From contig CAMHNQ010000008.1 in NCBI GenBank assembly GCA_946186495.1, positions 17,959 through 81,958 of the forward strand: a stretch of DNA of 64,000 nucleotides. Reading direction: 5' to 3'. The notes beneath the pieces were generated by a model. It had not been told where the DNA came from, did no database searches, and saw only the letters and a program-made list of their open reading frames with translations. Within the stretch, counting starts at the first letter, position 1; each line of letters opens with the position of its first letter. A program made the translations under genes and the position numbers. This DNA is from an uncultured Bacteroidales bacterium (GTDB lineage: Bacteria; Bacteroidota; Bacteroidia; Bacteroidales; WCHB1-69). Below are positions 54,957 to 63,747 of the stretch, in pieces.

Positions 54957-57059
54957 TTAATGTTTAGTAGTGGCATTAAAGTGTTCGTAGTGTCGGCGGC
55001 TGGCCTCTTCTTGGCGGGCTTGGGAGAAGCTGCTGACGCGTTTCATGTAGCCGATGACGCGGGTGAGGTAGTCGAGGTTGGTACTGTGGCAATTCGGGCA
55101 CTCGTGGAGGTATCGTTTGTCGATGTGGCCGCAGTCGTTGCAGACTGTGTTGGGGATGTTGAAAGTGAAGTAGTTGCAGCCTTCTTGCGCAGCCACGCGG
55201 AGCAATTGCCGGTATTGGGCTTGCGAGAGGTGCTCCTCCAAATTGGCGTGAAGGGCGGAGCCGCCCGTCAGGTGTGCGATGTAGCGGTTCCCGTGGAGGC
55301 GGAACTTGTCGATGAGGTTCAGCGAGTCGTCTTCCACGCGGTAGAAGTAGCTGTTGTAGCAGTCGCGAGGCACCCGGTAGCCGTCTTCGCGGTCCCACTT
55401 GGCGTGCTTCACCCCTACGTTTTCGGCAGGGATCATCTCGCAGTTGAACAGAAGCTCCTTGCTCTTGTACTGGTGGTTGTATCTCTCGATAAGCCCAAGC
55501 ACGTTTTCCACGAATGTTTGGTACTGCGGGTTGTCGTTGATGGGGATATTGAGGAATTCGGCGGCCTCCACCAGCCCGTTCACGCCGATGGTGAGGTACT
55601 GGCGGTTGATGGCGATGTAGTTGGCGTCGAACAGGGGCAGCATCCCATTAGACTGCAGGTATTTGAGGTTTTCGTTGTAAGCGATCTGGACCTTGTGCAT
55701 CAGGTCGATGACCTCTTCCACGAATTGGAGGTGCGGGATGTTGTTGCGGCATTCGTGCTGGATACAGCGGTTGAGGTTGATGGTGAGCACACTCTTGGAG
55801 CCGGTGGAGACGCCGCCTGCGCCGAGGGTGTAGCTGAAGCCGTTGTCCTGAATCTCGTTGCGTAGGCGGCAGCAGCTGCTCAGCGAGTCGGCGTTGTCGC
55901 TCACGTAGGTGAAGAAAGAGTGGCCGGCGGCGTACATCTCTGCGGTGAAGTCGGCATACTCGGTGTCGATGATGTCGCCGTCTTTGGAGAGCAGAGCCAT
56001 CGTCTCGACCGGGAAGGTGAGCACGGCGCGGAGCCGCTCCTGGTTGAACCAGCGCATGAACCGTTTCTGCAGCCAGCTGAGGGACTCCCAAACGGGCTTG
56101 GTGCCGTCGGGGAACCGGAATTCGCCGAAAAGGCTCTCGAAATAGTAGCGGTCGTAGTAGGCCACGTTCCAGAACACCGACTGGAAGTTGCGGGCGCCGG
56201 TGGGCTGGTTGATGGAATAGACCACCTGCTCGAAGCAGTCGGTGATCATCTTGTCGATGGTGCGCTGCCGCGCGGAGAGGTCCACCACCTTGCTGCTCTC
56301 CTTGTAGTACTCGTCGCCGTACTCCTTGCGGATGAAGTAGTCCATGTACATCAGGAACTCGGGGGTGGCGCATGCGCCGCTGAGCATGCTGGAGACCATA
56401 AAGACCATGTTGATGAAGCCGCCACAGTAGGACTTGAGGTTTGTCGGTGCGGAGGCGTTGCCGCCGATGCTCTTCGTGCCGTCCAACAACCAAGGGTACA
56501 TGGTGATGGATGCGCAGTAGTTGGCGATACTGGTCTCGTCGTTTTTGTAGATAAAGTGGTGGTTGAGTAGATATAAATATTTGTCTGATAATTCTTTACC
56601 ATACAAATCCTTGATCTTGTCGCACAGCATCCTGCGATTGAGGCGGATGAAGTTGGACTTGGGCAGCTCGCCGATGAGGGTGGCGATGTTCTTGCGCTCC
56701 ACGTTGGCGTTGGCGTCATATTTGCTGCCGGTGGCCGCGTTGGAGGCGTTGCAGTAGTTGATCAGGAAGTCCAGTTTCTCCTTCACCTCGCGGTCTTCGT
56801 AATGGCGCTGGCGGTAGAGGATGTAGGCCTTGGCCACCTCGTAGTAACGTTCCGCCATGAGGGAGGTCTCCACCTGGTTCTGGATCTCCTCCACGGAGAT
56901 GCCGTCGTGGATTTTGAGGCGGCTCATGACGTTGATGAGGACATCCTGCGTCGCGAAGCTGTTCACTGAGAGGAATGCCTTGGAGATGGCATTTTTGATT
57001 TTGTCGGCCGAAAAAGGTTCCCGCTTGCCATTGCGTTTGATGATGTACAGTTGGTCCAT
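54957..57059 (-). CDS. nrdD: Anaerobic ribonucleoside-triphosphate reductase (class III)
   Basis: A 700-aa ORF. The N-terminal ATP-cone is IIKRNGKREPFSADKIKNAISKAF. The Zn ribbon is CNDCGH...CPNCHS. The C-terminal glycyl-radical region is TRVIGYMKRVSSF. Confidence 0.95.
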   Translation of the reverse strand: MDQLYIIKRNGKREPFSADKIKNAISKAFLSVNSFATQDVLINVMSRLKIHDGISVEEIQNQVETSLMAERYYEVAKAYILYRQRHYEDREVKEKLDFLINYCNASNAATGSKYDANANVERKNIATLIGELPKSNFIRLNRRMLCDKIKDLYGKELSDKYLYLLNHHFIYKNDETSIANYCASITMYPWLLDGTKSIGGNASAPTNLKSYCGGFINMVFMVSSMLSGACATPEFLMYMDYFIRKEYGDEYYKESSKVVDLSARQRTIDKMITDCFEQVVYSINQPTGARNFQSVFWNVAYYDRYYFESLFGEFRFPDGTKPVWESLSWLQKRFMRWFNQERLRAVLTFPVETMALLSKDGDIIDTEYADFTAEMYAAGHSFFTYVSDNADSLSSCCRLRNEIQDNGFSYTLGAGGVSTGSKSVLTINLNRCIQHECRNNIPHLQFVEEVIDLMHKVQIAYNENLKYLQSNGMLPLFDANYIAINRQYLTIGVNGLVEAAEFLNIPINDNPQYQTFVENVLGLIERYNHQYKSKELLFNCEMIPAENVGVKHAKWDREDGYRVPRDCYNSYFYRVEDDSLNLIDKFRLHGNRYIAHLTGGSALHANLEEHLSQAQYRQLLRVAAQEGCNYFTFNIPNTVCNDCGHIDKRYLHECPNCHSTNLDYLTRVIGYMKRVSSFSQARQEEASRRHYEHFNATTKH

Positions 57060-57139
57060 AAGATGGTTTTTGTTTTGTTGTTAAAATAACAGCTCGGGGA
57101 GAAATTGCACAATCCTGCTTTTCTCGTTTGCTCTTAGTC

Positions 57140-57313
57140 CCGAAAGCTACGATACACACAGCCCAGGCAGGTCTTCTGGCTCACCCCACTCCCCCTTGCC
57201 TTCCCGGCCTAAGGCCAGTGGCTTTTTTTGGGTGAGCGCAAATCGGGGTTCACAGCTACGGGTATAGCCGCTGATTCTCACAGCGTTCCCTATTAATCTG
57301 CTCAGAACCTGAA
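57140..57313 (-). promoter_or_regulatory. Cobalamin (B12) riboswitch in the nrdDG leader
   Basis: The minus strand reads GGTTCAGGTTCTGAGCAGATTAATAGGGAACGCTGTGAGAATCAGCGGCTATACCCGTAGCTGTGAACCCC...AAAGCCACTGGCC...GGGAAGGC...GTGAGCCAGAAGACCTGCCTGG. This contains the conserved AATAGGGAA, GTGAGAATC and CCCG.AGCTGT blocks, the GCCACTG B12 box and the AGCCAGAAGACCTGCC 3' block. Confidence 0.85.
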
Positions 57314-57319
57314 CCACTG

Positions 57320-57327
57320 CAAAAGTA
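57320..57327 (-). promoter_or_regulatory. -7 promoter box driving the riboswitch-nrdDG transcript
   Basis: The reverse complement reads TACTTTTG, immediately upstream of the riboswitch 5' end. Confidence 0.55.
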
Positions 57328-57484
57328 ACATTTCCTCTGTTTCCCAAAAACAAACGCAGCCTTTTTTATGAACACAATTATTAACACGCTTGATAATCAG
57401 TGCATTATGGAAAGAATCCGGATTTTGTCATCTTCTGTGTCACGCCATTCTTTCCTGTAAGCGTTCTCTTCGACAAAAAAAATG

Positions 57485-57492
57485 TACTTTTG
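57485..57492 (+). promoter_or_regulatory. -7 promoter box for the cytidylate-kinase-like gene
   Basis: TACTTTTG is preceded by A8, 33 nt upstream of ATG 57525. Confidence 0.55.
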
Positions 57493-57524
57493 CGATTTAG
57501 TTAAAAATAGAAATTCGTAACGAT

Positions 57525-58157
57525 ATGGAGAACACGAAATTCATCATTACAATCAACCGGGAAGCTGGTTCCGGGGGGAAGGAAATTGCAGAAAAGCTGG
57601 GTGAGATACTTGGCGTGAAAGTCTATGGCAAGGAGATTCTCGCTTCCATTTTGGAAAAGTATGATCTTACCAAAGAGAGGGCCGAGCAAATCAAGGCGGA
57701 AAAGAGGAACTGGTGGGCGGACTTTTGTCGGTTCTACAAACAGTTTGGCAGCTCTGCCGCCATCGCCTACGAGACATTCGAGGTGAATTCAGACCAGCTG
57801 TTCGATGAAGAGGAGAAGGTTTTGAAGTCTTTGGCCGAGAAAGAATCCTGTATCATTGTGGGCCGCACAGGGTTCCATATTTTCAAGGATTACCCCAACG
57901 CCATGCGGATATTCCTCATCGCCAAGCCGGAAGCCCGTATAAGGCGCCTGATGGAGAAACAGGGGGTGGACGAGAGGGAAGCGCGCGAGATTATGGAAAA
58001 GGTTGACAAAGCTCGCGAGAATTACACCAAGTCATTTGCCAAGGTCTCCCGCTACGATGCCCGCAACTATGACATGGTCGTTAACGTTTCCCCGTTTACC
58101 ACCGACCAGGTGGCCCGGTTTCTCGCACAGAACGTCCGGACGATATTCTCCCTGTGA
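57525..58157 (+). CDS. Cytidylate kinase-like family protein (P-loop NTPase)
   Basis: A 210-aa ORF with the P-loop-like ITINREAGSGGKEIAEKLGEILG and the family-typical C-terminal segment KARENYTKSFAKVSRYDARNYDMVVN. Confidence 0.75.
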   Translation: MENTKFIITINREAGSGGKEIAEKLGEILGVKVYGKEILASILEKYDLTKERAEQIKAEKRNWWADFCRFYKQFGSSAAIAYETFEVNSDQLFDEEEKVLKSLAEKESCIIVGRTGFHIFKDYPNAMRIFLIAKPEARIRRLMEKQGVDEREAREIMEKVDKARENYTKSFAKVSRYDARNYDMVVNVSPFTTDQVARFLAQNVRTIFSL

Positions 58158-58197
58158 CGGCGGCGACCCGCTTCTGACAGCCCGATGCCGAAACGAA

Positions 58198-58231
58198 AAG
58201 GCGCGATAATCTTTTGGGATTTCCGCGCCTT
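58198..58231. terminator. GC-clamp hairpin with conserved loop (AAGGCGCG-ATAATCTTTTGGGATTTC-CGCGCCTT)
   Basis: It lies between convergent genes (stops at 58157 and 58276). The loop is itself a sub-palindrome (AATC...GATT). A paralogous copy lies at 59512-59547. Confidence 0.6.
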
Positions 58232-58275
58232 GTTGCATTCGCTTGGTTACGGTCAATTCGTCAAATTCATCGACC

Positions 58276-59370
58276 TCATTTCGCCGTATAGAACGGCATC
58301 TTCACGGTGACGGCCTTCAGCAGACGGTTTCTCACCTTGATGAAAATCTCCGTGCCAGCCTTCGCGAACTCTTTCTTGATGAGTGCGGTGCCGATACCTT
58401 TGTTGACGGAGGGGCCGAAAGTGCCGGAGCGTACTTCGCCGATGACATTGCCTTCAGCATCGCACACCTCGTAGCCGTTTCTCGGGATACCGCGGTCGAT
58501 CAGCTCGAAACCAGCGATTCTGCGGGTCACGCCGTTGGCTTTCAGCTCTTCCATGTACTTGCGGTCGATGAAATCCTTGCCATCCACGAACTTCGTAATC
58601 CAGCCCAAACCGGCCTCGATCGGGGAGATCGTGTCGTCAATCTCGTGGCCATACAGGCAGAAGCCCATCTCCAAGCGCAGCGTGTCGCGGGCACCCAAAC
58701 CTATCGGTTTGATGTCGAATTCGGCACCAGCCTCGAACACGGCGTCCCAAATCTTCATGGCCACCTCGTTCGGGAAATAGATCTCGCATCCGCCGCTGCC
58801 GGTGTAACCGGTCGTGGAGAAGAGGATATTGTCGATGCCGGCGAAGGTGATGATCTTGTTGGTGTAGTACTCCATGTCCACCACGTTCGCATCCGTCAGT
58901 TTCTGCATGGCCTTGAGAGCGAGGGGACCCTGGACGGCCAGTTGGGAGATGTTGTCGGAGATGTTCTCGATTTCGGCGCCGAAAGCCTTGTTTTGCTCGA
59001 CCACCCAAGCCCAGTCTTTGTCGATGTTGGCGGCGTTCACCACTAACAGGTAATCCTCGTCGTGGAGGTTGTAGACGAGCAGGTCATCGACGATGCCGCC
59101 CTTGCCGTTCGGGAAGCAGCTGTACTGCACCTTGCCCGGGAACAGCGCGGCCACGTCGTTTGTGGTGATGTGTTGCAGCAAAGCCAGTGCTTTGGGGCCT
59201 TTCACGGTGAATTCACCCATGTGGGACACATCGAACACGCCCACTTTGTTGCGCACCTGGAGGTGCTCGTTGGTGATGCTGTCGTACTGGATCGGCATGT
59301 AAAAGCCGGCAAATTCTTCCATCTTGGCACCTAAGGCCTCATGTTTCGCTCTGTATACGGTTTCTTTCAT
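58276..59370 (-). CDS. gcvT: Glycine cleavage system aminomethyltransferase (T protein)
   Basis: A 364-aa ORF with GcvT motifs, including [12 protein letters not shown] and [11 protein letters not shown]. Confidence 0.95.
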   Translation of the reverse strand: MKETVYRAKHEALGAKMEEFAGFYMPIQYDSITNEHLQVRNKVGVFDVSHMGEFTVKGPKALALLQHITTNDVAALFPGKVQYSCFPNGKGGIVDDLLVYNLHDEDYLLVVNAANIDKDWAWVVEQNKAFGAEIENISDNISQLAVQGPLALKAMQKLTDANVVDMEYYTNKIITFAGIDNILFSTTGYTGSGGCEIYFPNEVAMKIWDAVFEAGAEFDIKPIGLGARDTLRLEMGFCLYGHEIDDTISPIEAGLGWITKFVDGKDFIDRKYMEELKANGVTRRIAGFELIDRGIPRNGYEVCDAEGNVIGEVRSGTFGPSVNKGIGTALIKKEFAKAGTEIFIKVRNRLLKAVTVKMPFYTAK

Positions 59371-59406
59371 ATTATATTATTTTATTGTGTTTAAAATTTG
59401 AAAGCG

Positions 59407-59414
59407 CAAAAGTA
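59407..59414 (-). promoter_or_regulatory. -7 promoter box for gcvT
   Basis: The reverse complement reads TACTTTTG, 37 nt upstream of ATG 59370. Confidence 0.55.
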
Positions 59415-59511
59415 CAAAAATAATCGATATGGCGAGGCATGTTTGCCATACTGGTTTAGGGTGTCTCGGGGCAGCCTTGGCCAGAGGGCGAAGTGGGGTG
59501 GGGTAGAAAGC

Positions 59512-59547
59512 GAAAGCGCGGCAATCTTTATGGATTACCGCGCTTTC
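59512..59547. terminator. GC-clamp hairpin with conserved loop (GAAAGCGCGG-CAATCTTTATGGATTA-CCGCGCTTTC)
   Basis: It has a 10-bp perfect stem, 20 nt downstream of the acetyl-CoA synthetase stop on the minus strand. It shares the core GCGCG-NN-AATCTTT-N-NGGATT-NN-CGCGC with the copy at 58198. Confidence 0.6.
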
Positions 59548-59566
59548 TCCTGTGAGGCAAAGGGGG

Positions 59567-61870
59567 TTACCTTTCCAAGCGGATTCGTGCGTCGACGGCG
59601 GTGACGTAACGCGGGTTGCCCAATAGAGGGTTGAGGTCCATTTCTGCAATTTCGGGGGCGACCTGCACCAGTGCGCTCACGCGGGCGATTTGGTCCGCAT
59701 AGAGGTCGAGGTTCACGGGCTCCTGGCCGCGCACGCCTTGCAGGATCTTGTAGCCGCGCAGTTTCGTGAGCATCTCCTTGGCTTCGGCTGCGGTGATGGG
59801 CGCTATCGCACTCTGAACGTCCTTCAGCACTTCGATGAAGATGCCGCCCAGGCCGAAGAAGATCTGGTGCCCGAACTTCGGATCGCGGATGGCTCCGATA
59901 TAGACGTCCGTGCCGTCCAGCATCGGGTACATCTCCACGGCATAGGTCTCGGGGATGACGATCAGCCTGTCGAACTCTTTGGCGACCGTGTCGAGGTCTT
60001 TCACGCCGAGGGTCACGCCGCCGACATCGCTCTTGTGAAGCGGGCCGACGACTTTCATCACCAACGGCACGTCCTTGCTGCAGCCTACCTCTTTGGCAAA
60101 TGCGAGGGCATCTTCTTTCTTGGAAACCTCCACGGACTTCTTTCGGCTGATGCCGGCGGCGTCGAGCAGCTCGTTGTAGTCGGCGATTTCCATGTAGCCG
60201 TCCTTGCAGCGTTCAATGGTTCTGCGGATGCGCGGAGCATCGATGTCGGGAAAGTCGGACGCCACGTCACCTTCCTGAATATAGGCTGCAATCTCTGTCA
60301 TGCCAGTCATGCTGGCAGCACGCAAACGCTTGGCACCTTTCAGGAGGCGATAGCCTCCATCCACAGGGCTGACGGTAATCGGGGTGAGCAAGCCAAGCAC
60401 GCGTATGGACTCGGCCACTTCGGCCACCGCAGCCTTGTCTGGCTCGTTGGCGGGTGACACAATAATCTTATCAATAGGCAGATTCTCAATGTTGTCCATC
60501 TTGGGCTTGGGTGTATTGTACACTTTGCAGATGGCATTGCCAAGCACGCATTCCTCGGGGAAGTTGATACGGCCTTTGGCGATGAAGTCGTTAATTTCGT
60601 CCTTCACGTTAATGATACTCGGCAGCACGGGGAAGATGGGCTTCTTGCAGGTCTTCATCTTCTCGTCCAACAGGTCATAGACCTCCTTGTTCGAGAAGAG
60701 TCCAGGCGAGCCAAAGATGACGACCGAGAAATCGATGTTGGTGTAGTCGTTCTCCACCGCATCCAGGATGTAACCTAATTGTTCGGCGGTGCCGGTGGCG
60801 AGGAAGTCGATGGGGTTGCCCACCGAAGACCCGGGGAAGAGTTTCTCCAAAAGGGCTTTGCTGGCAGGGTGTTCCTTAAGCGAAGGCACTTCCATGCCAC
60901 CATTGGAGAGCACGTCGGTGAGCATCACGGCGGGGCCGCCGGCGTGGGTCACCACGGCACAGCGATTGCCTTTGATTTCGGGATGCATGAAGACCCCGCA
61001 CACGGTGGTCAGTTCCTGTCGATTCTGGCAACGCACGATGCCGGCCTTGCGGAAGAGGGCGTCGACGGCTACGTCGTTGGTGGCCAGTGCCCCTGTATGC
61101 GAGGAGGCGGCACGCGAGCCTGCAGCGCTGCCACCGCTCTTGATGGCGGCGATATGGCAACCTTTGTTTATGAGGCTGCGCGAATGCTTCAGCAACCGTT
61201 GCGGGTCGCCGATTTTCTCCATGTAGAGCATGATCACGCGTGACGACTTCTCGGGGTCGAATGTTTCATCCAAATGTTCCAGCACATCTTCGATGCCGAT
61301 TTGGGCGCTGTTTCCAACAGCCCACACACTGTTGAATTTCAGGCCGTTACTCATGCCATACTCCTTGATGAAGACGGCCGTGGCGCCGGAACCGGTGATG
61401 AAATCGACACCCGTGTGGTCGAGTTTCGGGATCGGCGCGTCGAAACAGCCGCTGTAGTTGGTGTTGAGGAAGCCTGTGCAGTTGGGGCCGATGAGAGACC
61501 CTCCCACCGCGTTGATGGCATCGACAATATGTTTCTCGATGGCGGCCCCTTCGGCGTTCTCCTCCGAAAAGCCCGCACTGATGATAATGAAGCCTTTGGT
61601 GCCTTTCTGCTGGGTCAGCACATCAACCGTCTGTGCGCAAAACTTGGCCGCGATGCAGAGGATGGCGCAGTCGACTTGGGGGAGGTCGTCGACCTTGGCG
61701 TAGCATTTCACGCCCTGGACCTCTGTCTCCTTGGGGTTGACGGCATACACTTGCCCCTTGAAGGCACTCTCTAACAGGTTTTTCAGGGCTTTGCCGCCCG
61801 GTTTGTGAATGTCACTTGACGCACCGCACACAACGATGCTCTGGGGATTTAATAATTTCTCGTTTATCAT
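59567..61870 (-). CDS. ADP-forming acetyl-CoA synthetase family protein (fused alpha/beta) with an inserted ParB/Srx-like segment
   Basis: A 767-aa ORF. The N-terminal CoA-binding domain is SIVVCGASSDIHKPGGKALKNL and the ligase-CoA domain includes SHTGALA. The C-terminal ATP-grasp includes VMKVVGPLHKSDVGGVTLGV. Residues 458-535 are not part of the usual architecture; see findings. Confidence 0.9.
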   Translation of the reverse strand: MINEKLLNPQSIVVCGASSDIHKPGGKALKNLLESAFKGQVYAVNPKETEVQGVKCYAKVDDLPQVDCAILCIAAKFCAQTVDVLTQQKGTKGFIIISAGFSEENAEGAAIEKHIVDAINAVGGSLIGPNCTGFLNTNYSGCFDAPIPKLDHTGVDFITGSGATAVFIKEYGMSNGLKFNSVWAVGNSAQIGIEDVLEHLDETFDPEKSSRVIMLYMEKIGDPQRLLKHSRSLINKGCHIAAIKSGGSAAGSRAASSHTGALATNDVAVDALFRKAGIVRCQNRQELTTVCGVFMHPEIKGNRCAVVTHAGGPAVMLTDVLSNGGMEVPSLKEHPASKALLEKLFPGSSVGNPIDFLATGTAEQLGYILDAVENDYTNIDFSVVIFGSPGLFSNKEVYDLLDEKMKTCKKPIFPVLPSIINVKDEINDFIAKGRINFPEECVLGNAICKVYNTPKPKMDNIENLPIDKIIVSPANEPDKAAVAEVAESIRVLGLLTPITVSPVDGGYRLLKGAKRLRAASMTGMTEIAAYIQEGDVASDFPDIDAPRIRRTIERCKDGYMEIADYNELLDAAGISRKKSVEVSKKEDALAFAKEVGCSKDVPLVMKVVGPLHKSDVGGVTLGVKDLDTVAKEFDRLIVIPETYAVEMYPMLDGTDVYIGAIRDPKFGHQIFFGLGGIFIEVLKDVQSAIAPITAAEAKEMLTKLRGYKILQGVRGQEPVNLDLYADQIARVSALVQVAPEIAEMDLNPLLGNPRYVTAVDARIRLER

Positions 61871-61980
61871 TTATATTTTTTAAGGGTTTTAGACTTTCTT
61901 TCCAGACCAGAAAGCCGGCTCAACCGCGCCAGGCCATGGTGATGGAATTCATGATTCAGGAGTCGGAAGCCGACTGTCGT

Positions 61981-63708
61981 TCAGTTCAGGCCAAGGGACT
62001 TTTTCAGTGCCCCGATACGTTCGGAGAGCAGGTTGTCCACCTCTTGGATGCTCTGTTCAGGTGGCACAGGAGTGCATACGCTGAAGTAGAACTTGATTTT
62101 CGGTTCGGTGCCGGAGGGCCGCACGGTGACTTTGCTGCCGTCAGCGGTGAGGAATTGCAGCACATTGGAAGAGGGCAGTTCAATGCGGTCATACGTTTTG
62201 GACTGCATGTTGCAGGTGTTTTTGGTCTTGTAGTCATAGACCCTCATCACCGGCTGTCCGCCGAGTTCCCTCGGCAGGTTCTCGCGCAGGTCGCTCATGC
62301 GCTTTTGGATGGCTTGCATGCCTGCCTCGCCCGGTTCTGTCAACGACACCATCTCTTCCTTGAAATACTCATATTGGCGGTAGAGGGATTCCAGTTGGTC
62401 TATCAACGATTTGCCGAGGACGTTTTTGCAATATGCCGCCATTTCGGCGATGAGGCAGCACGCGGAGACGGCGTCTTTGTCGCGCACGAAATCGCCGACC
62501 AAGTATCCGTAGCTCTCCTCTCCGCCGACCAGGAACTGTTTCGCGCCCTCGTTCTCACGAATCTTCTCTGCGATGTATTTGAATCCGGTGAGCACGTTGA
62601 AGCATTCCACGTTGAAGTCGGCGGCAATCTGGCTGATCAAGTCTGTCGTGACAATCGTTTTCACCACGAAAAAGTTGTTGTCCAGCGGATTGAACTGAGT
62701 TTGCGAGAGTATGTAATGGAACAGCAGGGAGGCGGTTTGGTTTCCGTTGAACAGTTGGTATTCGCCATCGGTACGGCGCACCGCAATACCCACGCGGTCG
62801 GCATCAGGGTCGGTGGCCAGCACGATGTCCGCTTTCACCTTCTTGGCCTTGGCGATGGCCATTTCCAAGGCGGCATGTTCCTCAGGATTCGGAGACTTCA
62901 CCGTCGGGAAGTTGCCGTCGGCGACAGCCTGCTCTTCCACGATATGGACTTTCTTGAAGCCGAAGTCCGACAATGCCTGCGGCACCACGGAGATTCCCGT
63001 TCCATGCAGCGGGGTGTATACGATACTTAGGTTCTTGTTTTCTGCCACCACTTCGGGATTCAGGGAAAGACGACGGATCATGGTAAGATACACGTTGTCA
63101 ATGTCTTTTCCTATCGAACGAATCAGGTCGGGGCGTCCATCCCATTTGACCTGTTCCACTTCTTTGATTTTGTTGACTTCGTTGATGACATTCTTGTCAT
63201 GCGGGGGCACTAACTGACCGCCGTCATTCCAATACACCTTGTAGCCGTTGTATTCTTTCGGGTTGTGTGAAGCTGTGATCATGATGCCGGCATTGCACTG
63301 CAGGTGCCGCACGGCGAACGACAGCTCTGGAGTCGGCCGGAGGGAATCGAACAGGAATACCTGGATACCGTTGGCGGCCAGAATGTTGGCGGCAATATTC
63401 GCAAACTCTGTGCTGTGGTTGCGCGAGTCGAACGAAATGGCCACTTTGATATTGTCCTTGAAACATTTGATCAGGTAGTTAGCCAATCCTTGAGTGGCGA
63501 AACCGACAGTATATTTGTTCATCCTATTGGTGCCGACTCCCAGAATGCCGCGGAGGCCGCCGGTGCCGAATTCTAAAGTCCGGTAGAATGCGTCAGACAG
63601 CGCGGCAGGGTCTTCGGTCTGCATCCGCCGAATTTCGTTTTTCACATCCTGGTCATAATTGCCTTGCAACCAGGAATCAACATACTGTTGGGTTAAGTCT
63701 TTTGTCAT
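61981..63708 (-). CDS. pgm: Phosphoglucomutase / phosphomannomutase family protein (alpha-D-phosphohexomutase)
   Basis: A 575-aa ORF with the active-site loop ITASHNPKEYNGYKVY, the metal loop ATDPDADR and the sugar loop GGEESYG. Confidence 0.9.
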   Translation of the reverse strand: MTKDLTQQYVDSWLQGNYDQDVKNEIRRMQTEDPAALSDAFYRTLEFGTGGLRGILGVGTNRMNKYTVGFATQGLANYLIKCFKDNIKVAISFDSRNHSTEFANIAANILAANGIQVFLFDSLRPTPELSFAVRHLQCNAGIMITASHNPKEYNGYKVYWNDGGQLVPPHDKNVINEVNKIKEVEQVKWDGRPDLIRSIGKDIDNVYLTMIRRLSLNPEVVAENKNLSIVYTPLHGTGISVVPQALSDFGFKKVHIVEEQAVADGNFPTVKSPNPEEHAALEMAIAKAKKVKADIVLATDPDADRVGIAVRRTDGEYQLFNGNQTASLLFHYILSQTQFNPLDNNFFVVKTIVTTDLISQIAADFNVECFNVLTGFKYIAEKIRENEGAKQFLVGGEESYGYLVGDFVRDKDAVSACCLIAEMAAYCKNVLGKSLIDQLESLYRQYEYFKEEMVSLTEPGEAGMQAIQKRMSDLRENLPRELGGQPVMRVYDYKTKNTCNMQSKTYDRIELPSSNVLQFLTADGSKVTVRPSGTEPKIKFYFSVCTPVPPEQSIQEVDNLLSERIGALKKSLGLN

Positions 63709-63747
63709 AGAGGGTGTTATTTTGGTTATTTATTATGCATGGTAAGG

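Noticed and set aside
59371-59566. I looked for a glycine riboswitch upstream of gcvT.
   Set aside because: A good -7 box at 59407-59414 leaves a leader of only about 35 nt. The remaining sequence is the terminator hairpin of the upstream gene. No glycine-aptamer-like conserved blocks were seen.
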